A stretch of 60,430 nt of DNA, the filler included, from Sphacelaria rigidula (taxonomy: Eukaryota): the NCBI GenBank assembly GCA_964200075.2. It is 8 parts of 8 records of this genome, joined end to end, with 100 filler letters (N's around TTAATTAATTAA, not from the genome) between each part and the next. Parts side by side here need not be neighbours in the genome. Positions count along the whole stretch, not along the records: positions 22,701 to 30,166 come from CAXNAA020014802.1; positions 30,267 to 37,732 come from CAXNAA020014803.1; 6 more parts are not named here. One strand, 5' to 3'. Below, in pieces: positions 24,886 to 37,500 of this stretch (its first letter is position 1; the number at the start of each line of letters is the position of its first letter). The notes under the pieces are model-generated. The model had not been told where the DNA came from. It was given only the letters and a program-made list of their open reading frames with translations, and searched no databases. Both the position numbers and the translations under genes were made by a program.

Positions 24886-26558
24886 GAAAGAAGAACTGCT
24901 GGCTTCTCAAAGCTTCATGAACGAAAATGACCACGAAAGATATGTACTCTGAAATTATGTCAAGGAATACAGTAAAAATGCCCCTGTCTGCAGGGAACGA
25001 ATATCAGAACAATTGTAACCGATACGATTTCTGGCGTTTCTACAAGGTTTCTGGCGCTTCGCGCCGCCGCTCAATGGAGCACTTCCCAAGGCAAAGGCTC
25101 ATGAGGGGTGTGACTACCGGCATCAGCCGTCGCACACATACATGGAGAAGTGCTGAGAGACGACGATATGATTCAGAGATTACTCTTGTGACACGAAGAT
25201 ATGTTTTAGAGATAACTCGTTCTCTTTTTTTGTTTGCCTCTTCGGACTTCCAAACATCGTCGACGACGACAAAACCCGACGGAAAAATAATCGAAACGAG
25301 GCAGAAGACACTGGTCCTGCACAACGAAAAAGATAGCCGGGAAGCTCCACCCATTCTCTGTCTGAGTTATCTGCCCAAAATGAAGTCACATCAAACATAG
25401 ACAAAACTCGAAAATAAAAGAGTCTGCGACGTAGGAGACACTTGTCCTGCAGAACCAAGAACTACCTATGAAGAAGTATAACAGCATCGACAATATGAAG
25501 AACAAATGTAGATGTCGCTGTTGCCCGCGTCGATGAGACGATGTATAAGACCATCTTTCATGGTAACGAATCTCGACTATTTATAGACGGGGACTCAAAT
25601 TCGCGAACTCAAAATCGGGGGGACCATTTTATGCTACAGATGGTATCATGGATTTGAGAAATACTTCTGTACACAGACGGACATTTCCTGCACGAGTGTG
25701 GCATTGCGTGTTCGTGCATGAAGCCGAAGAGCAGGGAGGCGATGAGTAATCCTTCGAGTACAGTGCCGTACCTTGGTATCCTAGGGTGATACAATGCAGG
25801 ACATTCCATTACTACAGTGCATGATAATGCCGTGCGGTAGTACAAGACGGCACAGTCGGTATTGCGAGAATAGTGAACAATCAGTGCACGAGAAGAGTTC
25901 AGAAGTGAAGTGCCATGCTTCACCCTGAAACTACAGCGACATCAGACTAGGAGAGTACAGCACCGTTCGTTACCATCGCCACAGGGTATATGGCGTCAAC
26001 ACTTAGTATCCACTTGCTAAACCCCGTGCAAAGCTGCTGCAGCAGCTGGTGTGGGCAGGCGCACACTGCGTGGTCGCGAGACTGTCTTCTACTGCGGCTG
26101 CAAAAATATCAAACGCCTCGTCCTCTTCCATTGTCCTTTAGTACACGTACGTCAACTCCTCAAAATCGGGGGGAGTCGCGATCTCGGAACGATTTCCTCC
26201 AATTTTTTCGAAAAATGGGGGGGAAATGGTTCTGAGATCTGTGACGCCAGCCAGAAGAACTGCTGGATTACTGCTGTTAAGGGACTCGCCAGTCTTACTG
26301 GCCTCAGTTTCAGTTGTCAGCCTCTACAACATTCTTATTATTCAGGAGTGCCGTTCCAAGGCACCCACCTAGACCCGCCAGGGTATCAATATGGTGTCGC
26401 CGCTGATTATCCAGATGATTGCTACCAACGGTCATTATCCAGATCACCACCACCAACCCAACGTAACGTCGAATTTTCGTCACAGCGCCCCCGAAGCGCG
26501 TTGAACACAAATCGATCAACAAGCTTGACACATAGAAAACGCCAAAACGATGAGTATG

Positions 26559-29500
26559 TCACAACTTAATACCAAACTCACTCGTAACGCGAGCAGCAAC
26601 GGCACGAGTCATGCGCAATTTACCCAACTCCTGTGAAAGAAATTCCGGAGTGGCCCTAAACATATCCTTGTAAGGCTCCCACGTACGCTCCTCAACTTTG
26701 AAACCGACCCAGTCGACCAACACGATCAACTTACGATCACGTGCTTCTGCCACTCGTACAATACCAGCCATCTGAAATTGCCCCTGATTTAAAGCATACC
26801 GGAACACGTCCTCAACGTCAGCCGTAACATTAAGCTGCGAGTCTGCATAAAAACGCGAACGAGCTACAGGGGCAGTCTGAACTCGACCCGAAACAATGTT
26901 TGGAATCTCAAACATGTGCGGGTGGTGAGCACCAACCACTCTCCATGGACCAGTCCACGTCGCCATCAACTTGGGCGTAACACCCGGATGACGAACGCGT
27001 GCATACAAGACATAGTCGCCTACCTCAACATTTGGCAGTTGCAGCCCCGACGAGGACCCCTCACATCTAGGCGCACGTTCAGCGCAACACGTTCCTGCAC
27101 TTGAACGTGCAAACGTTCTTGCACGTCCAAGACTACTTGAGTGCACGCTTAATTTGATCATCGACTAATGCCGAGATAGCCCCCCCACAAAAAGTGCACC
27201 GCCGCCGTCCAACAAACCGGCTGCGATCCTGCCATTGGGCTCGTTTTCAGCGATTGCGCCCACATGAGAGGCGTGTAACAGTCCGAAATCAGCTGAAACG
27301 CCCAAATAAGTCGCGTCGTGCAGCGCGAGTCCAGCTCTAACGGATTTTATCACCATCGCCCCCGTGCACCTTTTTAGCCGGTTCGGGGGTGGGGGCTATC
27401 TCGGCAGCAGTCCATCGTCCAAAACATCACATTTCTATTCCCCCGCCGACGAAGACGCCAGCACCGAGAAAGACGTCCGAGGAGCACGACCGAACATCAC
27501 GTGGTACGGCGTACTATCGAAACGACGACGATACGCTTTATTGAGCGCCCATTTCACCGCCGGCAACACATCCACCCACTCGGAAACAGCTGTATGCTGC
27601 TCGAGAAGAATAGAGCGAAGAACACGAACTCCTTCCTTGACCATGCGTTCGCACGTACCATTAGACCACGGAGAATACGCCACCGCAAACTGGTGATCAA
27701 TGTGCAAAGCCTCTTGCAATCGGGCCAAGGTCGTATTCTTGCAATGCGTGGTGATATCACTCACCCACACACGCGGCAACCCCAAAGTTTTGCACCAATT
27801 TAGCAAAGATGCAGCAGTCGATTCAACAGTACACACTGCTACTGGCTCCAGAGATACGAAGTTGCTCAAATCATCCATGATTACCAGAATTTATCGAAAC
27901 CAAGCATCCTCCGACAAGCCTTGGGAAGCTAGCGGGCCATTCTCGCCTACGTACAAGAAATCAAAATGAACGACTTCATTCGGCATGGTATCGTGGACCG
28001 TTTCGCCGAGCCGGCGGGGAACAGCATCACCCGCCCTCGAGTCAGCACAGTGAAGACACTGGCGGAAAAAATCGCACACATGAGTTATTATCCCCTGCCA
28101 GACACAAACCTCTTGCAAGCGCACGAGCGTTGCATCCACACCACGATGCCCGGCGTCGCGCATGTGCGCGCAAATAGTCAGGCGTACCTGCAACTGCTTG
28201 TCATAACTCGGAATCCACAAAAGATTTCGGCCACGCACATGCACACGAAATATACCTTCATTGTTCAAGTTAGCAGTACCAACATCCGACTCGAAAGATT
28301 GCACATCCATATCTTCGCCCACAAGGTCTTTCCATTGCGCTTGGCGGACAATAGATTTGGACGGCATCGAGTCATCAGGCTCACACGGACCATCCACAAT
28401 CACAGCGCGCACAGGCATTTTCATTTCAACTGTAGGCACCTGCATGACCAAACTACCCCAACGGCACTCAGACGCATCCGGAAATATAAACAACTGACAA
28501 TCAGGACGAGGATGGAACAGCGTCACGGCATGAGCCACCATATCCTTCGCTGCCGACCGCACCTGCCGCCTGCCTTCAGTCCACGATGCAGCCTTCTTCA
28601 AAAACGCCATATCTGGACTTGACCACCCCGCCTGCAAATTTCGTAACACCAACCCGAGCGCCAAAAGAGCCGCCATGCACAACGCCAACCAACTCGATTT
28701 CACTGGATCCTACCACCGCGGCTTCGTCTTCGCCGCGGACGCCCCAGATTTTAGCTGAACACGCATGGGCTCCACGCGCGTAGGAGGATCACCCCGCAGC
28801 GGACGACGAAACGCATTGACGCGGCAATGCCATATGCCGCGCAGGCGCTCCAATTTTGAGACGCTGAGGCCTGTCGCCCCAGCATCCGTCATGTTCTCCT
28901 CCAGCGCGACCTTCCGAGCAGACGCCACTTCCGCCGGAATCATCAACATATCAGGGCTGCGCTCTATCAAGCGTTCCACCGCCGCATCCCGCTCCTCGGT
29001 CACCTACCCTCCAGCCTCCAAAAAAGCATCCACCGACAAACTCACGCGAAGACTGCCGAAAAAGACGGGCGTCTGCAAGCGTGGACCACGCGGAGACATC
29101 CGCGTCTTCATGGAGTCCTACAACCGCCGAACGTCGACTCCAAGATCCTAAGGCGTCGGCAACCCCAGAAGAATGACGCCATCTGACCCCGGCATAATCG
29201 CAAATGAGATCGGAGGCAACTGCGCCAGCCCTCAGGAAGTCGTGAAAGTCAGCTGCAGCGGAACAGTACGCTCTGTGACGTAAACATGCTGACCCGACGC
29301 GGTGACGGCTTGCCGCACCCCGAGCAATAACGGCTTGCGCAGCGGCACACCTGGGAGGAGACGCTCCAATATCGCCACAATCTGTACCGACAGACTTACA
29401 TGACACGTCAAGTGGGCGCCAGAATCCCACTAGCCCGAACCGCGATGGCTCCACGCTACCGTTGATATGGAAGACACAGCTCGGCAGGAACATATTTGTG

Positions 29501-30091
29501 CACAGACACATTCGCTGACCGATGCACCACTAATGCCAATTGAAGCCAGGGCCGCGCAAGCTGCGCAAGCTGCGCAAGCTGCGCAAGCTGCGCAAGCTGC
29601 GCAGGCGAAGACACCCCGGTAGGTTCAAACGGCACCGCCAGCGGGTATGACCCCCAGCCAGCAGACCAAGAATTTGGCGAACCTCCAATCAGCGCATCAA
29701 CACAGGCGTTGCGCCTGGCGCTGCTGTCGGTGTCGCCATCGGCGCAACCATACCCAGAACCAAGCCCATGCTGACGCCGCTGCCCCCGCTGCTGCTGCTG
29801 CTGCTGAGGACTAGGCTGTGAGCCTCCATCGCCGGAGGATCCGCCACCACCACCACCACCCCGATTACCTCGTCGTTTGCCCTTATGCTGGCGATGCTGA
29901 TGACGCGCGGCATGAGGCTGCCCAGATTCTTCACCGGAAGGCGTTGGGTAATCGCGCGCGTAATGGTCGACCTGGCCACAACAGTGACAAGTGCCCTCCG
30001 CATGCCCAGCATGCTTTTTGATCGCCGCAACCAATTGCGGCGGGGTAGTTGTTGTAATGCGTGAGAGGACCGCGTGCTTAGAGGACCGCAC
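26559..30091 (-). mobile_element. Decayed chromodomain-bearing Ty3/Gypsy element lacking RT and most of RNase H
   Basis: Gag knuckle CHCCGQVDHYARDY; frameshifted protease (DSGA ~29420, FAIMPGSDGVILLG); RH start FPDAS; integrase AH..AGHRG..CLHC, VHFDFL, WVSD, SNGTCERM; WTGPW; chromodomain VLVDWVGFKVEERTWEP. Confidence 0.9.
29553..29602. repeat. 9-bp tandem repeat (gcgcaagct)x5 within gag
   Basis: Encodes AQL repeats on the minus strand. Confidence 0.9.
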
Positions 30092-30112
30092 CGGAATTTG
30101 AAAACCCCTATG

Positions 30113-30146
30113 GTTAGGGGTAGGGTTAGGGTTAGTGTTGGGGTTA
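30113..30146 (+). repeat. Degenerate TTAGGG telomere-like tract
   Basis: ggttaggggtagggttagggttagtgttggggtta close to the scaffold end. Confidence 0.7.
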
Positions 30147-30866
30147 TGATCAGGGGGGGGGTGCCTNNNNNNNNNNNNNNNNNNNNNNNNNNNNNNNNNN
30201 NNNNNNNNNNTTAATTAATTAANNNNNNNNNNNNNNNNNNNNNNNNNNNNNNNNNNNNNNNNNNNNGTGCCATTGTCATATGACCACTGACCTCGCATCC
30301 CTACAAAGCCGGGGCGGAACGCGCCGGGTTTTCACCGGACCAGGCTCGCACTCAATCACCAAGCGCGAAGCGTCGTGGTGTGTACGGCTCGTCGCATGCA
30401 GGGTGAGCTGCATACTGCCAAGATTGTTCGACCCGAAGCCTACTGATTATCTTGCACTTGGATCACAGCCTTCAATGAGTTGCTTCATTTTGTGGTATCG
30501 CCACTTCCAGAGACAGCTACGGCTTATGCACTGTCTCATGGGTGTCTCACCGAGGGGGGGAGGGGGGGCTATAACAGTCAGTATGACGAAACTAAAGCAA
30601 AGCAGACAACTGTCACACGTGACAAAGTATACCGTTCGTACGGAGGTGAATGGTTCGGGGGGAGTCCGAAATATTCTCAAGGTCGGACGTTATTCTGAGG
30701 TGGCATAAAGCGTTTTCCGTCACAGTACCCTGGGGTATCGTTATGATGCTAAAGTAACCAACAAGGCCATCACTGGGGAGTTCATTCCAGGGAGGGGGTG
30801 GTACTAGCCTACGAGCGTCCCACCGTATCACGCACAGTTGTCACGATGGCTACGACGTTTCAGTAC

Positions 30867-33422
30867 CTTCCTCTCGGGCTGCAAGTAGTAGTAGTAGTAG
30901 CTCAGGTAGTGCGACACGGGCTCGCGGAACACGGTGACGAGGTTCACGGTGGAGGAATCTTTCATGATAGCTTTGTAGGCCGCTTCAGCCTGTTCCCAGG
31001 TGCCTTTGTAATATCCGTCCCACGCGTAGTGGTAGTGCATAATGTCCACCCGCTTCCCGAGTTGCCGCATCTGATTGTAATGTTGACGACGACGAGGACG
31101 ATAGCGGCGATGATGTTGATTACAATGACGGCGATCGTGACGATGATGGTGATGGTGATGATGGTTGGTGACAAAGAATGAGAAAATAGGAATGGGAAGG
31201 GAGGACGGGACCATACACGAGCAAAAGCCAAGGGCTGAGTCATCGCATGCAAGGGGGGGGGGGGGGGCAGAGGGAAACATGGCCAAGCTAGCGAATGGTC
31301 GCTAGATTCCGAAATATATCTCAGGCCCGTTACTGTAAAAAATGGCATCGCCGCGCCCCCGTGAGTGCAACGGTGAAGTTGATCCCACTGGGTCGTTGGA
31401 AACGCGGACGTGATTCTCATGTCTAGTTTGGCTTTTCTCCAAGGTGTCACTAATCCCCGACGATGAGGGCATGAGGGCATGAGGGCGTCAGCAGCAAAAA
31501 GAATGTGACTGAGCCTGTTAGGCGACAGCCGAAGCAGTGCGAGAGAGCTGATCAAATCCGCGGTACCAAACTGTGAGGTGCGTAACGGGGGAGGGGTGGG
31601 TCGATCTCGTGAGACCACGGACTCGTCCCGAAAGAGGTCAGAACTTAGAAGTGAGATCAAAGACTCAGACGTTTTATGAACACCCCTCCCGCCCATCGTG
31701 GGACGGTTGGATTTCACCAAGATGTCAACATCAGCAACGTCTACGAGGGTTTTTATAACGAAAACAACAGTAAGGGTTTAACGTAAGATCCAAAGTCAAT
31801 GGCAGCAGAAAAGCGACCGGGAGGAACCAAGATGCCACAAGATCCATATCGACAACGACACGAGGTTTTTCATAATATCACCCAACATTACGTGAACTAA
31901 CCAAAAATGCCCTGCATGGTTGAAATCAACGTCCTGACCAAGCTTTCGAAAAAACACAACGGGAAGAGTTACTCGAATGGCATGTATACTAGAAAAAAAA
32001 AAAAAAACGACCTAACAGACGAGGGGGGGAAGGGAGAAAAGAAAACAAAAAAAAAAAAAAAATACCGGCCCCCCCCGCCGGACCCAGCGTGNNNNNNNNN
32101 NAACAAAAATAAAAAAAAAAAAAAAAAGAAAAAATTATAAAAAAAGAAAAAAAAAAAAAAAAAAAAAAAAAAACGACTTAACAGTCGACGAGGGAAAGGG
32201 AGTGCTGAAGCCCTCTCGCGATGAAAAATAACGGCAAGCACCGCAGAAAGAAGGTGGGGGTACTGAAAACAAATAAAATATGAAAAAAACTCCTGTGCTG
32301 ACCCTCCTGTGTGACCCAGGCTGGTGCGCTCACATATATCGAAACGTGTAGACCGGCGTCCAGAATAGATGGGACGGCAACACACACTAATGTGCAAGGG
32401 TTCAAGTTACGCTCAAATATATATATATATATATATATATATGTTACACACCCCACAGATCAAGAAAATACGGCACGATACAGCCTGCACGAGCGTCAGA
32501 AGCTAGCATGATTTGGTGAGTTTCAACACGTTACTTCCATATTTGAACGTACAAAGCAAGAGCACGACACATATCCGCTGGCATATATTTTCCACGTGTA
32601 TTCCGAGTACCCGCACGAAGCAAACGCTGACCTCCGACTAGTCAAAATAGTCTTGAGGTACACATCGAAAAACGCGAGTGCGACGACATGCAAACACCTC
32701 ACCTGACACGCATGCAGAATGTACACAAACTAGAATTTTTTCAGAACCATCGTTCTGGGTCGGTCAGTTTCAATGTTGGCAAGCACTAAATGTGACGTGT
32801 CTCACGAGAACAGTTGGGCATGAGCGATTTCATTGTAAGTCACGGGTACGACCGACCACGCAGGCGGTAAACCATCAAAAATTGAAGATTTGAATGGCCA
32901 ACATTGCAAATACTGATGGTTACAAGGCTAGCGGACGAATCTAGTACGAGTCAATCAAGTGCTCAAGTTACTTCTTTCCCGTCCTTTTACACTAGGTTAC
33001 ATAGTAGTAGTAGCAGTAGTAGTAGTAGCAGTAGCAGCAGCAGTAGTAGTAGTAGTAGTTTTAGTAGTACTAGTAGGCAGCCACGGCTACTATGCCACTG
33101 GGAAGTCATGTCACCGTAAAAGGGGTTGGTGTGCTGTGCGACATCTCATCATAACATTTTATATTTATGGTCTGGAAAGGACTTGGAAAATTACGCAGAA
33201 ACTGTTCCAAAAGGGATCGTTTCGCACGACAATTTGTTAATATATATATATATATTATATTCTGGTACATACCCGTCCCGCGGCCTCCGGTAGGGTAATG
33301 ACCGAGTGGCGGTTCTCGAAATGAGCCACGTCGACGCCATGTCGTTTTCCATACCGGTACAGGATCGTCGCCATTGTTGTCGACGCCGTCTTGTGGGTCT
33401 TGACGAAGGCGATGTTGCACGT
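30867..33422 (-). CDS. Galactose-3-O-sulfotransferase (Gal3ST)-family sulfotransferase, two internal exons (33273-33422, 30867-31070)
   Basis: CNIAFVKTHKTASTTMATILYRYG (5'-PSB) and LVTVFREPVSHYLSYYYY (3'-PB); both exons are phase 0 with cag/gt boundaries. Confidence 0.85.
32172..32388 (+). mobile_element. 3' body of tRNA-derived SINE
   Basis: Reverse-complement similarity to ~42262-42450 and ~48120-48320; ends in cacacac. Confidence 0.65.
33002..33072. repeat. (AGT/AGC)n microsatellite
   Basis: Direct reading of tagtagtag/cagcag run. Confidence 0.9.
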
Positions 33423-33912
33423 CTGCGCGTCGTCGTCGTGTCCATCACAAGGGAGGGGCGCACACACAATGTAACAATCGCAACGCCCAAAAACAACGCA
33501 CGACGGGTCAGGCGAGATTCGTTAGTAATACCGCGAGTCGCGTCGCGTTGGTGACGATAAAGGAAGACGCGCACAATAACAAAAGTCAACGCATGCGATG
33601 TGACCAGTCCCTACTGGGTGAGAGAGGCTGTCAGCGCAAAGGGGCGGCCATCGTGTTGTTTCCTACATGAAAAGGAAGATAAACACGTGCGATAAATGTG
33701 GGCCGCACGTGCTGGACGTTCCTGAAATTCCACAATCCCGATCCCCTAGACAAAATCGACGAGACGCTGACTTTTCCATCCGAAGTAACCTGTATATGAT
33801 GCGCATACCATATCAAGAAACTTGAACCAAACAGTCAGAGCATAAACACGGCTTTAACGGCAGCTAGTCTTACGCAGAAACGTGGTGTCTCGAGGTAATT
33901 TCGAACAACCAT

Positions 33913-33938
33913 AACCCTAACCCTAACCCTAACCCTAA
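33913..33938 (-). repeat. Interstitial (CCCTAA)4 telomere-like tract
   Basis: taaccctaaccctaaccctaaccctaa. Confidence 0.85.
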
Positions 33939-34168
33939 GTATATACTACGAGATGAATCAGATCCCCAGCAAAAACGCGGGGGAGCATCGTGTTGCAGTG
34001 CAGTAGACGGCAAGACGCTACAACCGACTTGGCCTATTCGACTGAAAATTGATCATCTACAGTCAGTCAATCTACGAATATCAGTTCAAAGCTTTGCGAG
34101 GGTTTAGCTTGATTTCGCCATCCTTACCCTTTCAGCACTGGGATTGCTTGTTCAGGGCTGAAGGGTAA

Positions 34169-34572
34169 AGCTCGGAAATGGTACCAGTTATAACTGGCCA
34201 TTATCATTATAATGGTAGTAATGGTAATGGTTAAATGAAAGATAATGGTTTCAAACCATTATTTACCGTTACCGACTTTATAAGCCGTTACCGGCCACGT
34301 ATGCTACATCCAGCCCTTGAACATTGGCCCAAACTTGATGTATTTCTTAGCTCTAGTGAAACCAAATTGCGTATAAACGTGCCTCATGCACGACGTCTTC
34401 AGCGGGGCCCTCCGGGGGCGCCTCCGGCGGGGCCCTCTCTGCCGGGGGAGGCTTTTTGGCTCGCGGCTGCGCCGCTCGATGACCAAATCATTATGTATCA
34501 TTTCACTGGTTAATGAGTGCGCTACGCTTAACCATTCAACTGGTTAATGGTTAAGCAGACCATTTCCGAGCT
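34169..34572. mobile_element. MITE-like element with TIR agctcggaaatggt and GC-rich core
   Basis: agctcggaaatggt at 34169, accatttccgagct ending 34572; subterminal aatggt/accatt repeats. Confidence 0.65.
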
Positions 34573-37500
34573 CTACTAAAAGGACTGGCTTCTTCCGGTG
34601 GGAGGGGGCGTTGTGAGTATCTTTTGGGGGATGGATGGATAATACCTAGATAAAAGGCCGTTGCCACGCATATACCGTGCGTCATAGTTATTCGTGTGTG
34701 AGTTACGACCACCAGCACAGAGCCACCATCTCAGTGCAGCAAAACAGTACACTGGTGATCGGTAAAAGTCGACACCGAACATTTGTTCTCATTTTGTAGA
34801 CTCAAAATGTCCTGGCACTTCTGGCTCTTTCTCCTGCAACGACTTGTACTTAATTACGCTGGGTTTATTTCCGCCTTTGCTGTGACACTACACCTGAAAT
34901 ACGCAGGGTTCCCCTCCGAAATCTTACCGCACAAGAATCAAGATGTGAAGATCACCTACGCGTCTTGAGCAATTGCGAAATATAACCACATGATACATCG
35001 CGATAAGGGCCTAAAGTGGGAACAACTGGAGACTACTTCCAGAATGCCAATTTGGAACCGAGACATGCTCACTGCAGCTTTTGCGGTAAGCAGACTTCGA
35101 AACTGCGATACTGTTTGGTGCTGTAAAATCGTCAACAACCGATCAGCATGGGATTTTTCTTTCCCTTGTGGAACCGGGTGTTCCTCGTGGACTTGGCCTT
35201 CATCACAGAAGACAAAATGGGGTATGTTTTCCACAAGTGCCAATGTCGCACATGGTTCATCGCAGTGGCAAAACTCTACACGACAGGGCCCTGAGCAAAG
35301 CTCTGAAAGTACCGGGGGCTGTGGTAAGAGGTGTGACGTTGTGCTTTGGTACTGGCCAAAATGGGACATCTTTCCCACGGCTAGGAGAGAGCGAGAATGG
35401 CGGTTCTCATGCGCAACATACTTCACACCTATCACACACGCATGTGGCTCGTTGCGCTCGACAAACCAAAGTCACTCGCTCAAGTAAATCCGAATGCCAT
35501 AAAAAAAAGGGGGGATCAGAAAAAGATAAGGTGGATTGAGAGAAAAAGGAGGAGAGAATGAAGTGTAGTGCGACCGACAAACCACTTCCAGATATATGTA
35601 TCCTCTGTCGTTCCAGAATACACGCTGCTGAGATGCGGTTCACATCCCCGACAACGCTGGTGAGATGTCGATGACACCGGGAACGAAATGCCCTACCATA
35701 GCGCATGAGATAAATATCCACAGATAGTGTCAAACAACGCTCTTCTTGGGGGAGAGGGTTTTGCTTCAGTTGGCACCATGGTACCCTCAGTCCTGTACTG
35801 GGGAACGCCTTGCATCACCTCCTGAACACGCAGCCCACCCCGCGGGTAATACGTTTTCGGGTCCCGGAAAATTCTCCAGCAGGTTTCGCACTCATAGTAC
35901 TCCACGTTCCACGAAAATCTGCGAGATGCCAAGAAAACTGCTCGTACTATCCACACCGCTCCAGTAAGCATTCGGTCACTGTCTGAGACAACCGAAGCCT
36001 TCTCTGCGCGATTTCACCAGTACTACTTCTGCTGTCGAACCCCTCCAGAAACCAATAAATGTCCTCAAAAGAAACGAAGTTAGCATTTTTCCTCAAAGGA
36101 CGCTGACGACCAGAATGTAAGCTAGAATAATCCTCGTGAACGCTCCCGCCTCACATCCAGTACATGTATTTGGTCAGACTTCGGTACCCCGAGAGTCCTT
36201 TCAAGCCAACAGACAAACAGATATGCGTGAAATTCTCGCATTTCCTCAAAATATTCCCTGTGGCATTCCACGTTGAAGGTACCTTATGACAGCTCGGAAT
36301 TCGAAAGGGGTTATTTTCGTAGGGATATCCCCCGCTGCTAAAGAGTTACCCTCTGAACGCCCATAGTTCCTGGTGATACTTTATCGGTCGATAGTCCAGT
36401 TAGTTTCTGGAGGACAGTTTTTGCAGCCATAGATAGACGCTAGAACGACACGAGAATTCAGCAGGAAGTGACGAAAAAGTGAGGCGTTTCAGTCAAAAAA
36501 CGAGCAGCACAATCATTAACATGGTCGAAACAGTAGGGTGCATGTCTTCATTGTACGCAGTGTCATTCTGCAGAATCTATTTCACGACCGTTACCACCTA
36601 TGCCACCTGTGGATTCACCGTTCCAGAATACTGCTACGGCAATATGACGCTGGTCGCGGTTTGTGCGCGATTAACGATCATACGCAGGACACACGTGGTA
36701 AAGGACGTCATTTTCATGTAGAAATTATAGCTCTGTCCAGGAACAACTACTCCGATCTCTACACACACGCACACAAATTCCTACACTACCCCCTTATGGC
36801 CGGCGAGAGGTTCGGTCGCTGAAAGGGTTGAAGTTGTAATGACACGGTGGTTCGAATTTAGTTCAGCGATCTATGGCAATAACCGCGAGAATGCGGTCCT
36901 GATCATGAGTGCTGTGGCTCGCTGTGCCCTGCCGTGGGAATGATGTTTCACCCTGGCTCAAAGCGCCCCCACGTGGTTGAGTAAATAAATGAACATGTGC
37001 TATTGATAGTGGTCGATTGACTCCTTTTGTTGGTTGGTCGTTGTACGTCAACTAATCCTCCACGACTTCAACCAGCCGCGGTCACAAAACAAACGCACAT
37101 ACCCGGTGGAAAACGGGAAAATAAATATGAAAAAAAAACACAATCTCGCGAAGGGGAACTTCAAGAAAAATGACAAAAAGTCACAAAAACTAGCAAAGGG
37201 AACGGAAGCGACATCGACGCCAAAAGACGAACGGGGATCACGGTACCGAGAGAGTCCGAGACAGGCTCGTTCCGGGGCCTTAAATGTGAACGAAAATAGG
37301 GAAGCATGTGTATGAATCTTTGGCAGCGGTTGGGGACTATCGCAGTTCCTTTTACAACAACAGTTGCTGGTTCCCTCGAAATTCTATTCTGCAGTCACAG
37401 ACGGCAACCGGATGATCATATCTGCAGAATTTCTCCGACACATGACAATTCCAAAGATAGCCCGCCCCCAGAATGTGGTTGTTGGTTTGGGGAGGTAAAT

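Noticed and set aside
34956-36400. Possible decayed transposase or viral ORFs (also ~38200-39000 and ~42650-43300)
   Set aside because: No motif could be identified in any frame by eye; a tBLASTx/HMM search would be needed.
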